Notes: generated by a model not told the origin, from the sequence alone. A DNA stretch of 64,000 bases from Candidatus Tayloriibacteriota bacterium (GCA_016215455.1 JACRJP010000004.1:21132-85131), one strand, 5' to 3'. Counted from the stretch's first letter, positions 28,989 through 38,814 are shown. Numbers and translations: made by a program.

Positions 28989-29591
28989 ATGAATAAGCGA
29001 GATTCTCTCAAAAAAATCGAAGACAAACTACGTGTTTTGAAAGAATCTCCTCTCTACGAATATCGCACAACAAACAACTACTTTCCTGTTGCAGGTGAAG
29101 GTAGTCATGATGCAACTATTATGTTCGTAGGTGAGGCTCCAGGACGCAATGAAGCCAAAACAGGACGACCTTTCTGTGGTGCAGCAGGTAAAATTCTCGA
29201 TACTCTGCTTACAAGTGCTGGTATTAAACGAGAAGATGTCTTCATTACTAATATCGTTAAAGATCGACCTCCAGAGAATCGTGACCCGTCTCCACGAGAA
29301 ATAGAAGTATATGGTCCACTTCTTGATCAACAGATAGAGAGTATTCAACCGAAAGTAATCGCAACTCTTGGCCGCTATGCCATGGGATATATCATGAAAA
29401 ACTTCAATCTCGAGGAATCTCTCGAACCTATAGGGAAAGCACACGGAAAAGCATATAAAGCTCAAGCTTCATACGGTCCCATCACTATCATTGCACTCTA
29501 CCATCCTTGTGTTGCGATCTATAACAACAAAACTCTTCCCACACTCACGGCAGATTTTGCAACTCTCGGCAAGTACGCCAATAAAAGCTAA
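28989..29591 (+). CDS. Uracil-DNA glycosylase, family 4.
   Basis: GEAPGRNEAKTGRPFCGAAGKILD and HPCVAIYN. GGAGG lies upstream of the ATG at 28989. Confidence 0.85.
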   Translation: MNKRDSLKKIEDKLRVLKESPLYEYRTTNNYFPVAGEGSHDATIMFVGEAPGRNEAKTGRPFCGAAGKILDTLLTSAGIKREDVFITNIVKDRPPENRDPSPREIEVYGPLLDQQIESIQPKVIATLGRYAMGYIMKNFNLEESLEPIGKAHGKAYKAQASYGPITIIALYHPCVAIYNNKTLPTLTADFATLGKYANKS

Positions 29592-29608
29592 TCTGATATA
29601 CTGTTGCC

Positions 29609-30448
29609 ATGAATCATCCCGTATATATTCTCAAAGCAGATGGAGTTCGAGAACCGTTTGATCCAAGTAAGCTTATTTATTCACTTCACAATGCAGGAGT
29701 TACTGGAAATACCGTTGATGATGTTGTGCAGCATGTACAAACACACATCAAAGATGGAATGACCACTGGTGAAATATACTCATACGCTTTTCACTATCTC
29801 CGTAGTCATTCATTACCAATCGCTCTTCGATATTCACTTCGACGTGCACTTTCAGAACTTGGTCCTAATGGTTTTCCTTTTGAAAAATTTGTTGCTGAGA
29901 TTTTCAAAGCAAAAGGCTACGAGGTACTTACCGATCAAGTAGTACAAGGAGCTTGTGTACAACATGAAATAGATGTCGTTGCATGGAATGACAAAGAACT
30001 CATCATGGTAGAAGCAAAATTTCATAATGAATTTGGCCTCAAATCAGACTTGAAGGTAGCATTGTACATTAAGGCTCGATTTGATGACTTACGACATCAA
30101 ACATTCACATTTGGAGGGAAATCTCGTACCATGACAGACGGCTGGCTTGTGACAAATACAAAATTCACTGATCAAGCTATCAAATATGGTTCATGCCAGC
30201 AACTCAAGATGGTTGGTTGGAACTATCCGCATGGAGCATCACTTCAAGACTTGATTGAAGGTTCAGGACTCCACCCATTTACATGTCTTGGTACGCTCAC
30301 TGCAAATCACAAGAAACAGCTTCTTGATAAAGGGATTATTCTTTGCCGCGACATTAAGAGAAATCCTCATGTTCTTAAGGAAATATCTATGTCAACCGAA
30401 GAGATTGCTAAAGTATTTGCTGAAATTGATACCGTGTGCGGTGCATAA
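29609..30448 (+). CDS. Protein with an ATP-cone domain fused to an Mrr-like (PD-(D/E)xK) restriction-endonuclease fold.
   Basis: The N-terminal VYILKADGVREPFDPSKL... is an ATP-cone. The C-terminal FEKFVAEIFKAKGYEV...EIDVVAW...IMVEAKFH gives the D...E.K core. Confidence 0.7.
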   Translation: MNHPVYILKADGVREPFDPSKLIYSLHNAGVTGNTVDDVVQHVQTHIKDGMTTGEIYSYAFHYLRSHSLPIALRYSLRRALSELGPNGFPFEKFVAEIFKAKGYEVLTDQVVQGACVQHEIDVVAWNDKELIMVEAKFHNEFGLKSDLKVALYIKARFDDLRHQTFTFGGKSRTMTDGWLVTNTKFTDQAIKYGSCQQLKMVGWNYPHGASLQDLIEGSGLHPFTCLGTLTANHKKQLLDKGIILCRDIKRNPHVLKEISMSTEEIAKVFAEIDTVCGA

Positions 30449-30461
30449 GTAACATTACACT

Positions 30462-31247
30462 ATGTCTGATTACTACATGGCAAAAAAGACACGGGGCATC
30501 TACTCTCCTTCATCGAGTGAGCCTTTTCGTTTGTCTCGTTCAAAAATTGATCTCTTCACTGAATGTCCTCGATGTTTCTACCTTGATCGTAGACTTGGAG
30601 TAGGACGTCCGCCTGGATTTCCTTTTACCCTGAATAGTGCTGTTGATGCGCTTCTCAAAAAAGAATTCGATATTCATCGAAAAGCTCAATCATCACATCC
30701 TCTCATGGAACAATATGCTGTAGATGCAGTACCATTTCAACATAAAGACATGGAAATTTGGCGTGAAAACTTTAAAGGTGTACAAGCGATCCATGAACCA
30801 ACCAATTTTCTCATCACAGGAGCAGTTGATGATGTATGGATTAATCCTAAACAAGAGCTCATTGTTGTAGACTATAAATCAACAAGTAAGGATACTGAAG
30901 TAAATCTTGATGCTGAATGGCAGGATGGCTACAAACGACAAATGGAAGTCTATCAATGGCTTCTACGCCAAATTGGATTCGAAGTTTCTTCTACTGGCTA
31001 CTTTGTCTATGCAAATGGACAAAAAGATCGTAAAGCCTTTGATGGTAAGCTTGAATTTGATATTACCCTCATTCCATACACAGGATCGGATGACTGGATT
31101 GAACCAACTCTAAAGACCATCAAGGCATGTCTTGATGATGATCGAGTACCACTAGCAGGTGAGCATTGTGACTATTGTGCCTACCGCCAAGCAGCAGGTG
31201 AGTCTCTTCGTGATGCAGTTACTGGAACAAAGGCAAAAAAGAAATAG
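30462..31247 (+). CDS. PD-(D/E)xK nuclease with a four-Cys cluster, Cas4/RecB-like.
   Basis: CPRCFYL ... IVVDYKS ... GEHCDYCAY. Confidence 0.65.
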   Translation: MSDYYMAKKTRGIYSPSSSEPFRLSRSKIDLFTECPRCFYLDRRLGVGRPPGFPFTLNSAVDALLKKEFDIHRKAQSSHPLMEQYAVDAVPFQHKDMEIWRENFKGVQAIHEPTNFLITGAVDDVWINPKQELIVVDYKSTSKDTEVNLDAEWQDGYKRQMEVYQWLLRQIGFEVSSTGYFVYANGQKDRKAFDGKLEFDITLIPYTGSDDWIEPTLKTIKACLDDDRVPLAGEHCDYCAYRQAAGESLRDAVTGTKAKKK

Positions 31248-31263
31248 TACTAAACGACAACAT

Positions 31264-33111
31264 ATGAAAATAACTCCCGCACTCCAAAAGAAAAGTAATA
31301 AAGAATTTCTTGATATTCTCAACAAGACGCTTCGCAAACTTCACACGACATATGAAAATGCTTTTTGGCGTTTTAATATGGGAGAAGCAAAGTATGCAAA
31401 AATCCAAGACACAGCACTTGCGGCACGAGATCACTTTTCAGGAAGTATTGAAATATTAAACGAGGTACAACGCCGTCTTGTACAAGCAAAAGGAGTTGAA
31501 AAAAATCGACTGATGTATTGGCAACGATACTTCAAGAAAAACACAACGCCACCTGAGGTTCGAGAGCTCCGTGCAAAAATAGCTGAGCTTGAGAGTAAGG
31601 TTGCTGTCATCCGAGGTACACGAAAAGAAGGATATATTGATCCAACTACAGGTCTATTCGTCGAAGCGTCAGAACTTGCACTACGAGGACTTGTACGCAC
31701 ATCACCTGATGAAGCTATTCGTAAGGCATGTTTTGAGGCTACAGAAAAACTTATTTCAACAACCATCAATGAATATGTTGAGCTAGTGCAACTTCGAAAT
31801 AAATTTGCACAACAACTTGGTTTTTCTGATTTCTATGCATACAAAGTTGATGGTGATGAAGAAATGAGTACTTCTGAACTTTTTGCTATATTCGATCCGA
31901 TATACAACCAAACAAAATACGTTTTTGATACTATCCGTCAACTTGAAAAAGAAAAACCAGGTCTGCGCAAACCATGGAACTTTAATTACATGATGGCAGG
32001 TAATTTTACCAAAGAAGAAGATCCATATTTCCAATTTGATCAAGCTCTCCCTATGTGGGCAAAAACATTTGCTGCACTTGGTATAGATTTTAAAGGAGGA
32101 ACAATCACTCTTGACCTTCTTGATCGAAAAGGAAAAACAAATAATGGTTTCTGCCACTGGCCTCGCACAGTAGCATATAAAAAGAATCGTAGGATACCTG
32201 GTGCAAGTAATTTCACTTGTACTCTTGTTCCAGGTCAGATAGGGGAAGGAAGTAACGGCCTTCACACACTCTTTCATGAAGGTGGTCATGCAGCACACCT
32301 CCTCAACTCAGAAGAACGTGATGTGTGTAACAGTCATGAATACGCACCTATGTCGATGTCCTGGGCTGAGACCCAATCAATGTCGATGGATAGTATCTCA
32401 AGCAGTATTGAGTGGCGTATAAGATATGCAAAAAATAAAGAGGGTGCTCCGTATCCATTCGAACTTTTTGAAAGAAAAACTAAGGCACTAGCACCTCTTC
32501 TTCCGCTCGGTATGATGAGTATGCTTGCGATGATGTCATTTGAACGAAATGTGTATGAATATCCAAGCGATACACTCACAGCAGAGAAAGTAATGGAATT
32601 TGCGCGTGAAGCTTCAAAAAAATATTTTGATCGAGATGGTGATTCTCATTGGCCTCTTAGTGTATTTCATATTTACTCATGGGATAGTGCTGCTAATTAC
32701 TACGGATACGCTTTAGCAGACATCGTTGTTGCTCAATGGAGAGATTATTTCTATAAAAAATATGGATATATTGTTGATAATCCAAAAGTAGGAAAAGAAA
32801 TGGCAAAAGTATGGAAGTTTGGTGGTCGCTATTCAACAAAGGAATTTGTACGTACAGCAATGAATACTGAATTCAATGTTCAACCATATATAGATTCAAT
32901 TACTCGTACAGTGCCCGAACGTATCACTCTTGCACAAGAACGCATTGCGCGCCTCGCAAAGGTAAAACCGTATACAAAACCAATAGATTTAAAAGCAAAA
33001 ATCACTCTTGTACATGGTCGTAAAAAGATAGCTGACAACAGTAAAGGTTTTGATGCAATGACCAAAAAATACGCAGCGTGGCTTAAGAAACAAGAACCTA
33101 AAAGTAAGTAA
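31264..33111 (+). CDS. M3-family metallo-oligopeptidase, oligoendopeptidase F-like.
   Basis: The zinc motif is HEGGHAAH. I trimmed the start to MKITPALQ. Confidence 0.8.
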   Translation: MKITPALQKKSNKEFLDILNKTLRKLHTTYENAFWRFNMGEAKYAKIQDTALAARDHFSGSIEILNEVQRRLVQAKGVEKNRLMYWQRYFKKNTTPPEVRELRAKIAELESKVAVIRGTRKEGYIDPTTGLFVEASELALRGLVRTSPDEAIRKACFEATEKLISTTINEYVELVQLRNKFAQQLGFSDFYAYKVDGDEEMSTSELFAIFDPIYNQTKYVFDTIRQLEKEKPGLRKPWNFNYMMAGNFTKEEDPYFQFDQALPMWAKTFAALGIDFKGGTITLDLLDRKGKTNNGFCHWPRTVAYKKNRRIPGASNFTCTLVPGQIGEGSNGLHTLFHEGGHAAHLLNSEERDVCNSHEYAPMSMSWAETQSMSMDSISSSIEWRIRYAKNKEGAPYPFELFERKTKALAPLLPLGMMSMLAMMSFERNVYEYPSDTLTAEKVMEFAREASKKYFDRDGDSHWPLSVFHIYSWDSAANYYGYALADIVVAQWRDYFYKKYGYIVDNPKVGKEMAKVWKFGGRYSTKEFVRTAMNTEFNVQPYIDSITRTVPERITLAQERIARLAKVKPYTKPIDLKAKITLVHGRKKIADNSKGFDAMTKKYAAWLKKQEPKSK

Positions 33112-33128
33112 CGTTAATAAAAATCTAC

Positions 33129-33542
33129 TCAAGCATTCCACTCAAGATCAAGACGAGACTCGGGAGGAGGATGCCGAAACCGCCTATCCTTCTGTTGTAG
33201 ACGAAGGCCAATTACGTCAATGATGTCAGACGGGGTATAGTTCAACAAAATTGCTACCGGAATGACCTTTGGAAACATAGCGGCATACAGCTTATTAAAC
33301 TTCCTTACACCCCATGGAGAAGACTTGATCTGCAGTGGTATTTCACCAAAAGGTGTATTGAGCCAAATATCTGTTTTTAAATCCATGTCATCTCTTAGAC
33401 TACCTTTTCGAGCACCCAAAAGCCAAAAAGGTTTGTCGGGGGATGTCATCGTATCCATTAAGGCAGCAAGAGCTCTTCGTTCGGTTTCTTCACCAATCCG
33501 CAAACTTTCAAGATCATCGGCTTCAAAAGAAAAATCGGCCAT
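33129..33542 (-). CDS. Hypothetical protein.
   Basis: 137 aa ORF on the minus strand. Confidence 0.4.
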   Translation of the reverse strand: MADFSFEADDLESLRIGEETERRALAALMDTMTSPDKPFWLLGARKGSLRDDMDLKTDIWLNTPFGEIPLQIKSSPWGVRKFNKLYAAMFPKVIPVAILLNYTPSDIIDVIGLRLQQKDRRFRHPPPESRLDLEWNA

Positions 33543-33613
33543 AGAGCATAGAATCTATCTTTGAAAGTAACATACAAACACCACTATCGTCAATATTCTG
33601 ATAAAATCCTTAT

Positions 33614-35503
33614 GTGTGCTATATTTTCTCCATGAATTCCCACGAGATCCGCAAAAAATACCTCGATTTTTATGCTTCAAAAAAGCATACCATCATCCCG
33701 TCTTCATCACTTGTTCCTGATAACGATCCTACAACTCTCTTTACTGGATCAGGAATGCAACCTCTCATTCCATATCTTCTTGGAGCAAAGCATCCACAAG
33801 GAACACGTCTTGTTGACTCACAGAAATCTTTCCGTAGTGGTGACATCGAAGATATTGGGGATAATCGCCATACAACATTTTTTGAAATGCTTGGTAACTG
33901 GTCACTTGGTGACTATTTCAAAAAAGAACAACTCCCGTGGGTATTTGAATTTCTCATTGACCATGTAGGGCTCGATCCCAAGAAACTTTACGTTACCGTC
34001 TTCATCGGGGATGAAAAAAATAATCTTCCTCGTGATACTGATTCAGTGGCCATTTGGAAAGATCTTTTTGCACAAAAAGGAATTGAGGCAAAGGATGTAG
34101 AAATGGGAAGTGAAGCGGAAGCGGCCGAAAAAGGCATGCAGAATGGCCGTATTTTCTACTATGACGGTAAGAAAAACTGGTGGTCACGTTCAGGTGAGCC
34201 AAGTAAAATGCCAGCAGGTGAACCAGGTGGTCCTGACTCTGAGTTGTTCTATGAATTCGACTTCGTACAACACGATCCAAAATTTGGTACACATTGTCAT
34301 CCAAATTGTGACTGTGGTCGTTACCTTGAAATCGGTAACTCAGTATTCATGGAATACAAAAAGAATGCCGACGGAACATTTTCAAAACTTCCACAACAAA
34401 ACGTTGACTTCGGTGGAGGGCTTGAACGTATTGCAATGGCGTCAGTATATTCTTCAGATATTTTTGATATTGATCTTCTCAAGGGAATCGTAACAACTCT
34501 TGAATCTCTTTCAGGGAAGTCATATAAAGATGCTGCATACACTGCAGCTTTCCGTGTTGTAGCCGACCATATTCGATCTGCCACATTTCTCATCGGAGAT
34601 GGAGTAAGTCCATCAAATAGTGAACGTGGATATTTTGTCCGACGACTTCTTCGACGAGCTATTCGCTTCTGGGATACACTTGGTATTGCAAACGGTGGAC
34701 TCTCACAAATTGTTCTTCCTCTTTTAGAGAAATATAAAGAAGCATATCCTGAAACATACGCACAATCAGCTCGTATCATCACAGAAATCGATACTGAAGA
34801 GAAAAAATTCCGAGCAACACTTCGCCAAGGCCTTAAAGAATTTGAAAAACTTGCTCAGAATAAACAAATCAGTGGTGAACAGGCCTTCGCACTCTTTTCA
34901 AGTTATGGTTTTCCTATAGAAATTACTCTTGAGCTTGCAAAGGAAAAGAATATTACCGTCGATCGTGAAGCTTTTGATACTGAAATGAAAAAACACCAGG
35001 ATCTCTCACGTGCTGGATCTGAAAAGAAATTCAAAGGAGGGCTTGCAGACACAAGTGAGATGTCACTTAAGTATCATACCGCTACACATCTTTTGAATGC
35101 GGGTCTTCGTGCTGTACTCGGAAATCATATTGGTCAAAAGGGAAGTAATATCACTCCTGAACGTCTTCGTTTTGATTTCAATCATGTTACAAAACTCACT
35201 GATGAAGAAAAAAAGAAGGTGGAAGATTTTGTTAACGAGGCAATTGCACGTAAACTTCCTGTTTCATGGAAAGAGATGCCAAAGACTGAAGCAGAAAAGC
35301 TTGGAGCAATTCATGCATTCGGAGAAAAATATGGTGACATTGTAAAGGTATACAGTGTTGGAGATGAGACAACTGGAGTACTCAGTCGTGAATTTTGTGG
35401 AGGACCACATGTGGAAAACACAGGGGTACTTGGTCACTTCAAAATAGCTAAAGAAGAGGCCGTATCTGCTGGGGTACGACGCATCAAGGCGGTGTTGGAG
35501 TAG
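33614..35503 (+). CDS. alaS: Alanine--tRNA ligase, short form: catalytic, tRNA-recognition and editing domains without the C-Ala domain.
   Basis: FTGSGMQP, GNWSLGDYFK, and the editing HxxxH...CxxxH region (HTATHLL, CGGPHV). It is 629 aa. The start could instead be ATG 33632. Confidence 0.9.
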   Translation: MCYIFSMNSHEIRKKYLDFYASKKHTIIPSSSLVPDNDPTTLFTGSGMQPLIPYLLGAKHPQGTRLVDSQKSFRSGDIEDIGDNRHTTFFEMLGNWSLGDYFKKEQLPWVFEFLIDHVGLDPKKLYVTVFIGDEKNNLPRDTDSVAIWKDLFAQKGIEAKDVEMGSEAEAAEKGMQNGRIFYYDGKKNWWSRSGEPSKMPAGEPGGPDSELFYEFDFVQHDPKFGTHCHPNCDCGRYLEIGNSVFMEYKKNADGTFSKLPQQNVDFGGGLERIAMASVYSSDIFDIDLLKGIVTTLESLSGKSYKDAAYTAAFRVVADHIRSATFLIGDGVSPSNSERGYFVRRLLRRAIRFWDTLGIANGGLSQIVLPLLEKYKEAYPETYAQSARIITEIDTEEKKFRATLRQGLKEFEKLAQNKQISGEQAFALFSSYGFPIEITLELAKEKNITVDREAFDTEMKKHQDLSRAGSEKKFKGGLADTSEMSLKYHTATHLLNAGLRAVLGNHIGQKGSNITPERLRFDFNHVTKLTDEEKKKVEDFVNEAIARKLPVSWKEMPKTEAEKLGAIHAFGEKYGDIVKVYSVGDETTGVLSREFCGGPHVENTGVLGHFKIAKEEAVSAGVRRIKAVLE

Positions 35504-35858
35504 GGTAATTGCAAAATTTTCTTATTCTCTGTAAAATATTTCCCAGACCCACCAGTATGATCAGTATGATTGCAACCCTGAGAACCGAAGAATTCTTCAG
35601 ACGCATTTCCCGAGTGGAATTATTTCCGGTATCCGACGTAGCACGACGATTGACAGGTATGTTGGAAAAGTGTCCAGGCCCTGGGTATGAAAACGCGGGG
35701 CTGCACCGAACATCAACTGACACGAAACCGAACTCTTGTCCTCAAAGGTTTGGCCTACTTGCCAGAACGATCTCGTCCGGAGATTAGTTTCCAAAGAAGA
35801 AATCAAATCCCCATTCCGCGCAGGAGGAGCAATTTTTATTTATGCTATACTTTTAGGG

Positions 35859-36998
35859 ATGTTTTCTTTTTTTAAAAAGCCTACTCAAAGTTATGCAGTA
35901 TTCTTGAGTCTCACCTCAAGTGGGGCAACTGGCGCTCTTGTAGAAACAAGCTCTACTATTCCATCAGTCATTGAAACATATACCGAGTATATTCCTGTGC
36001 GAAAAGAGATGGATACAACAACGATTGCTAAAAATATTGAAACCTCTGCTGAAAGAGTTCTTTCAAAACTCACCAAAGGTCGTCCTGAAATAAAATACAT
36101 TAATTCAATCCACTGTGTTCTCTCATCACCGTGGGTAGTCACACAAACAAAAACAGTTATTTCAAATTTTGATCAACCGAAAGAAATTAACCGTAATAAT
36201 ATTCTTCAGATCATTGATCATGAAAAAGACGGAATACAGAATAGTTATTCCGATATTAAATTTATCGAAGAAAAAATCTGTCTCACAAAAGTAAATGGAT
36301 ACGAGGTTGAATCTATTAACAAAGTAGTAGCAAAAAGTCTTGAAGTTTCTTTCATTGTAAGTACTACTGCAACCTCAATCTCTGATGCTCTCCAGAATGC
36401 AGCTCATGCGACCCTTCCTAAGGTGGCTATTGAATACCACTCAGCTATTCTTCTTGAATACTCAACTCTCTCTCGACTCTACCCGGATATAAAAGACTGT
36501 GTATTTATCGATATTCATGGAGAAGTAACCGACGTTGTGGCTCTTGGAGGTGGTGTACCACGCTATACCGGCTCATTTCCTTTAGGAACTCGTGAATTCA
36601 TACAAACAGTGGCTCGTCGACTCAAAGTCTCTCATGGAATTGCAGACTCAAAATTAACACTTCACGCCGAAGAGTCACACGATCCTCTGACATCATCAAA
36701 AATACAAGAAGCGGTGACGAAAACAGGTGATGCATGGATTAATCACATAACAGAAAGTATGCGAGAAATTGGTGACACCATGATTGTGCCATGTAAAATT
36801 ATGATAAGTGCTGATAAATATCAAAGTGCTTTTGTAACACTTGTGGAAAAAGAATGTAAGGAGGGAAGACTCAGTAACTTTTGTGACATCATTGAGTATT
36901 CACACGATATTTTTGGACGACAGATTTCTTTTGTTCCAGCAACACGTGAAGATGGAAGACTCGCTGCATATATACTTGGAGTAAGAGATTTGATATAA
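35859..36998 (+). CDS. Actin-like ATPase of the FtsA/PilM family.
   Basis: Phosphate-1-like LSLTSSGATGALV and phosphate-2-like IDIHGEVTDVVALGGGV. The start is uncertain. The track gives 35736. Confidence 0.55.
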   Translation: MFSFFKKPTQSYAVFLSLTSSGATGALVETSSTIPSVIETYTEYIPVRKEMDTTTIAKNIETSAERVLSKLTKGRPEIKYINSIHCVLSSPWVVTQTKTVISNFDQPKEINRNNILQIIDHEKDGIQNSYSDIKFIEEKICLTKVNGYEVESINKVVAKSLEVSFIVSTTATSISDALQNAAHATLPKVAIEYHSAILLEYSTLSRLYPDIKDCVFIDIHGEVTDVVALGGGVPRYTGSFPLGTREFIQTVARRLKVSHGIADSKLTLHAEESHDPLTSSKIQEAVTKTGDAWINHITESMREIGDTMIVPCKIMISADKYQSAFVTLVEKECKEGRLSNFCDIIEYSHDIFGRQISFVPATREDGRLAAYILGVRDLI

Positions 36999-37020
36999 TA
37001 ATTTCAACCTAGAATTTTCT

Positions 37021-38364
37021 ATGGAAAAACGTACCTTTCATGATGTGGTTCCACCTACCGAGCGCAGTGTGCGCAGGATTCCTATTGCCGGACGTCAGGC
37101 AACAATTCGACCTACATCTCAACCCGCACAAGATACATTTACTCCTCCAACATATCAGGAACGTCCTTCACGAGAACGACATTTTTCTCCTCTCACTGAA
37201 TCAAAACCTCGTAATCACAAAAAACTCACGATAGGAGCTCTTATCCTTGTGGGTGGTATTGCTCTCGTTGCTGTTCTTTCAGCATTGTTGGGAACAGTCG
37301 AGGTTCGAGTTACTCCTAAACACGCTGAAGTAAAAATTAATGATGTCTACACAGCAACCGCAAGTGGAAGTACACCGGGTCTCCGCTATATCATTGCAAC
37401 AAGTACTGCTATCGTCTCAGAAGTGGTTCCTGCAACAAAGGGAGGTATCGTTCAAACAAAAGCAAAGGGTAAAGTCCTCATTACCAATACCTCATCAACA
37501 GTACCTCAGAAACTCGTAGCAACTACCCGTCTACAGGCTCTTGATGGCACTATATACAGACTCGATACAGCTGTCACCGTCCCTGCAGCGACAAATTCAG
37601 GTGATAAGCTCATTCCTGGAACCATTACAGCCTCAGTAACAGCTGATCAGTATGGTGATAGCTACAATCTACGTCTCAGTGATGGTCCTTTTACCTTTAC
37701 CTTTCCTGGCTTTAAGGGAAGTAAGAAGTTTGATGTATTTACTGCAAAAGCAGTCACTGACATTACAGGTGGATACTTTGGTACAAAGAACATCATTAGT
37801 CCAACTGTAGCTCAAGAAGCAACTGCTCGTCTCCAGAAAAAACTCAGTGAAACACTCGTGGCTCAGAGTAAAGCATACGCATCGTCAACATATGTGATGT
37901 ATGACACTGGTTATGCACTTGAGATAGAACGCTTGGTTGATATTTCAAAAGGTACTAACAGTTCAGAAATTCGTTACTCAGGAACTATCTATGTACCAAT
38001 GTTTGAACCAAAAAATCTCGTTGCACATATCGCAAAAACAGAATCAGAACGTATAGGTGGAGCTGCAAATATCCGTATAGAAGGACTACAGGAACTTGCG
38101 TTTACTGCACGAGATCTTAAGGTAACAACACTAAAAAAACGTGAACCATTTTCATTCGCTCTCCGTGGAAATATAAAGCTCACTGGTAATGTGGCAGTAG
38201 ACGCTCTCAGAGAGAACCTTAAGGGCCTTTCACTTTCAGAAAGTAATGCTATTTTTGCTAAATATTCAACGATTGCAAATGCTGATGTTGTAACTATTCC
38301 AAGTTGGATTCGATGGTTCCCGAAGTCAGATTCTCGCATCAAAATTAGCGTACAGGAACCGTAA
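37021..38364 (+). CDS. Bitopic membrane protein with a large extracytoplasmic domain.
   Basis: A disordered N-terminal tail of about 80 aa, one TM (LTIGALILVGGIALVAVLSALLG), then a domain of about 350 aa. Confidence 0.6.
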   Translation: MEKRTFHDVVPPTERSVRRIPIAGRQATIRPTSQPAQDTFTPPTYQERPSRERHFSPLTESKPRNHKKLTIGALILVGGIALVAVLSALLGTVEVRVTPKHAEVKINDVYTATASGSTPGLRYIIATSTAIVSEVVPATKGGIVQTKAKGKVLITNTSSTVPQKLVATTRLQALDGTIYRLDTAVTVPAATNSGDKLIPGTITASVTADQYGDSYNLRLSDGPFTFTFPGFKGSKKFDVFTAKAVTDITGGYFGTKNIISPTVAQEATARLQKKLSETLVAQSKAYASSTYVMYDTGYALEIERLVDISKGTNSSEIRYSGTIYVPMFEPKNLVAHIAKTESERIGGAANIRIEGLQELAFTARDLKVTTLKKREPFSFALRGNIKLTGNVAVDALRENLKGLSLSESNAIFAKYSTIANADVVTIPSWIRWFPKSDSRIKISVQEP

Positions 38365-38389
38365 TTAGATATGAATGTAGATATACCTA

Positions 38390-38419
38390 TTGACTCAATA
38401 GGGTATCTTCTGCTACTAT
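38390..38419 (+). promoter_or_regulatory. Promoter-like element with an overlapping inverted repeat, upstream of infA and the ribosomal cluster.
   Basis: TTGACT, 18 bp spacer, TACTAT. The inverted repeat CCTATTG-act-CAATAGG (38386-38402) overlaps the -35. Confidence 0.4.
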
Positions 38420-38451
38420 ACGCAAACGCGCTAAATAACCTTTAGCTGAAT

Positions 38452-38691
38452 TTGATGGAGGAACAAAAAAAGAACCTACAAGTTAACGACAAAGAAACAA
38501 CCTACGGCGGAGTAGTAGAAGCTCTCCCCAATACATTGTTTCGAGTCAAACTTGACGGTTCTGAAGAAATTATCCTCGCTTACCTCGCAGGTAAGATGAG
38601 AATGAACAGAATTCGTGTGCTCATTGGGGATAGAGTAGAACTCAAACTCGATTCATACGGTGGACGAGCACGAATTATCAAGCGACTATAA
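38452..38691 (+). CDS. infA: Translation initiation factor IF-1.
   Basis: S1-like fold with [26 protein letters not shown]. Confidence 0.92.
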   Translation: MMEEQKKNLQVNDKETTYGGVVEALPNTLFRVKLDGSEEIILAYLAGKMRMNRIRVLIGDRVELKLDSYGGRARIIKRL

Positions 38692-38697
38692 TAAAAA

Positions 38698-38814
38698 ATG
38701 AAAGTACGAGCTTCAGTAAAAACAATGTGTGCAAAATGCAGCGTAGTTCGCCGAAAGGGCTACGTGTATGTAGTGTGCAAATCAAATCCGCGACATAAGC
38801 AGCGACAAGGTTAA
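38698..38814 (+). CDS. rpmJ: 50S ribosomal protein L36.
   Basis: [38 protein letters not shown]. The ORF is under 60 aa and is absent from the ORF track. Confidence 0.9.
   Translation: MKVRASVKTMCAKCSVVRRKGYVYVVCKSNPRHKQRQG

Noticed and set aside
35504-35858. RNase P RNA, SRP RNA or tmRNA in the GC-rich spacer after alaS.
   Set aside because: I looked for GGAAAGUCCGGGC / ACAGAAnCCGGCUUA (RNase P P4), GGUUCGAnUCC-type tmRNA ends and SRP helix-8 motifs. None is present. It is kept only as an unexplained region.
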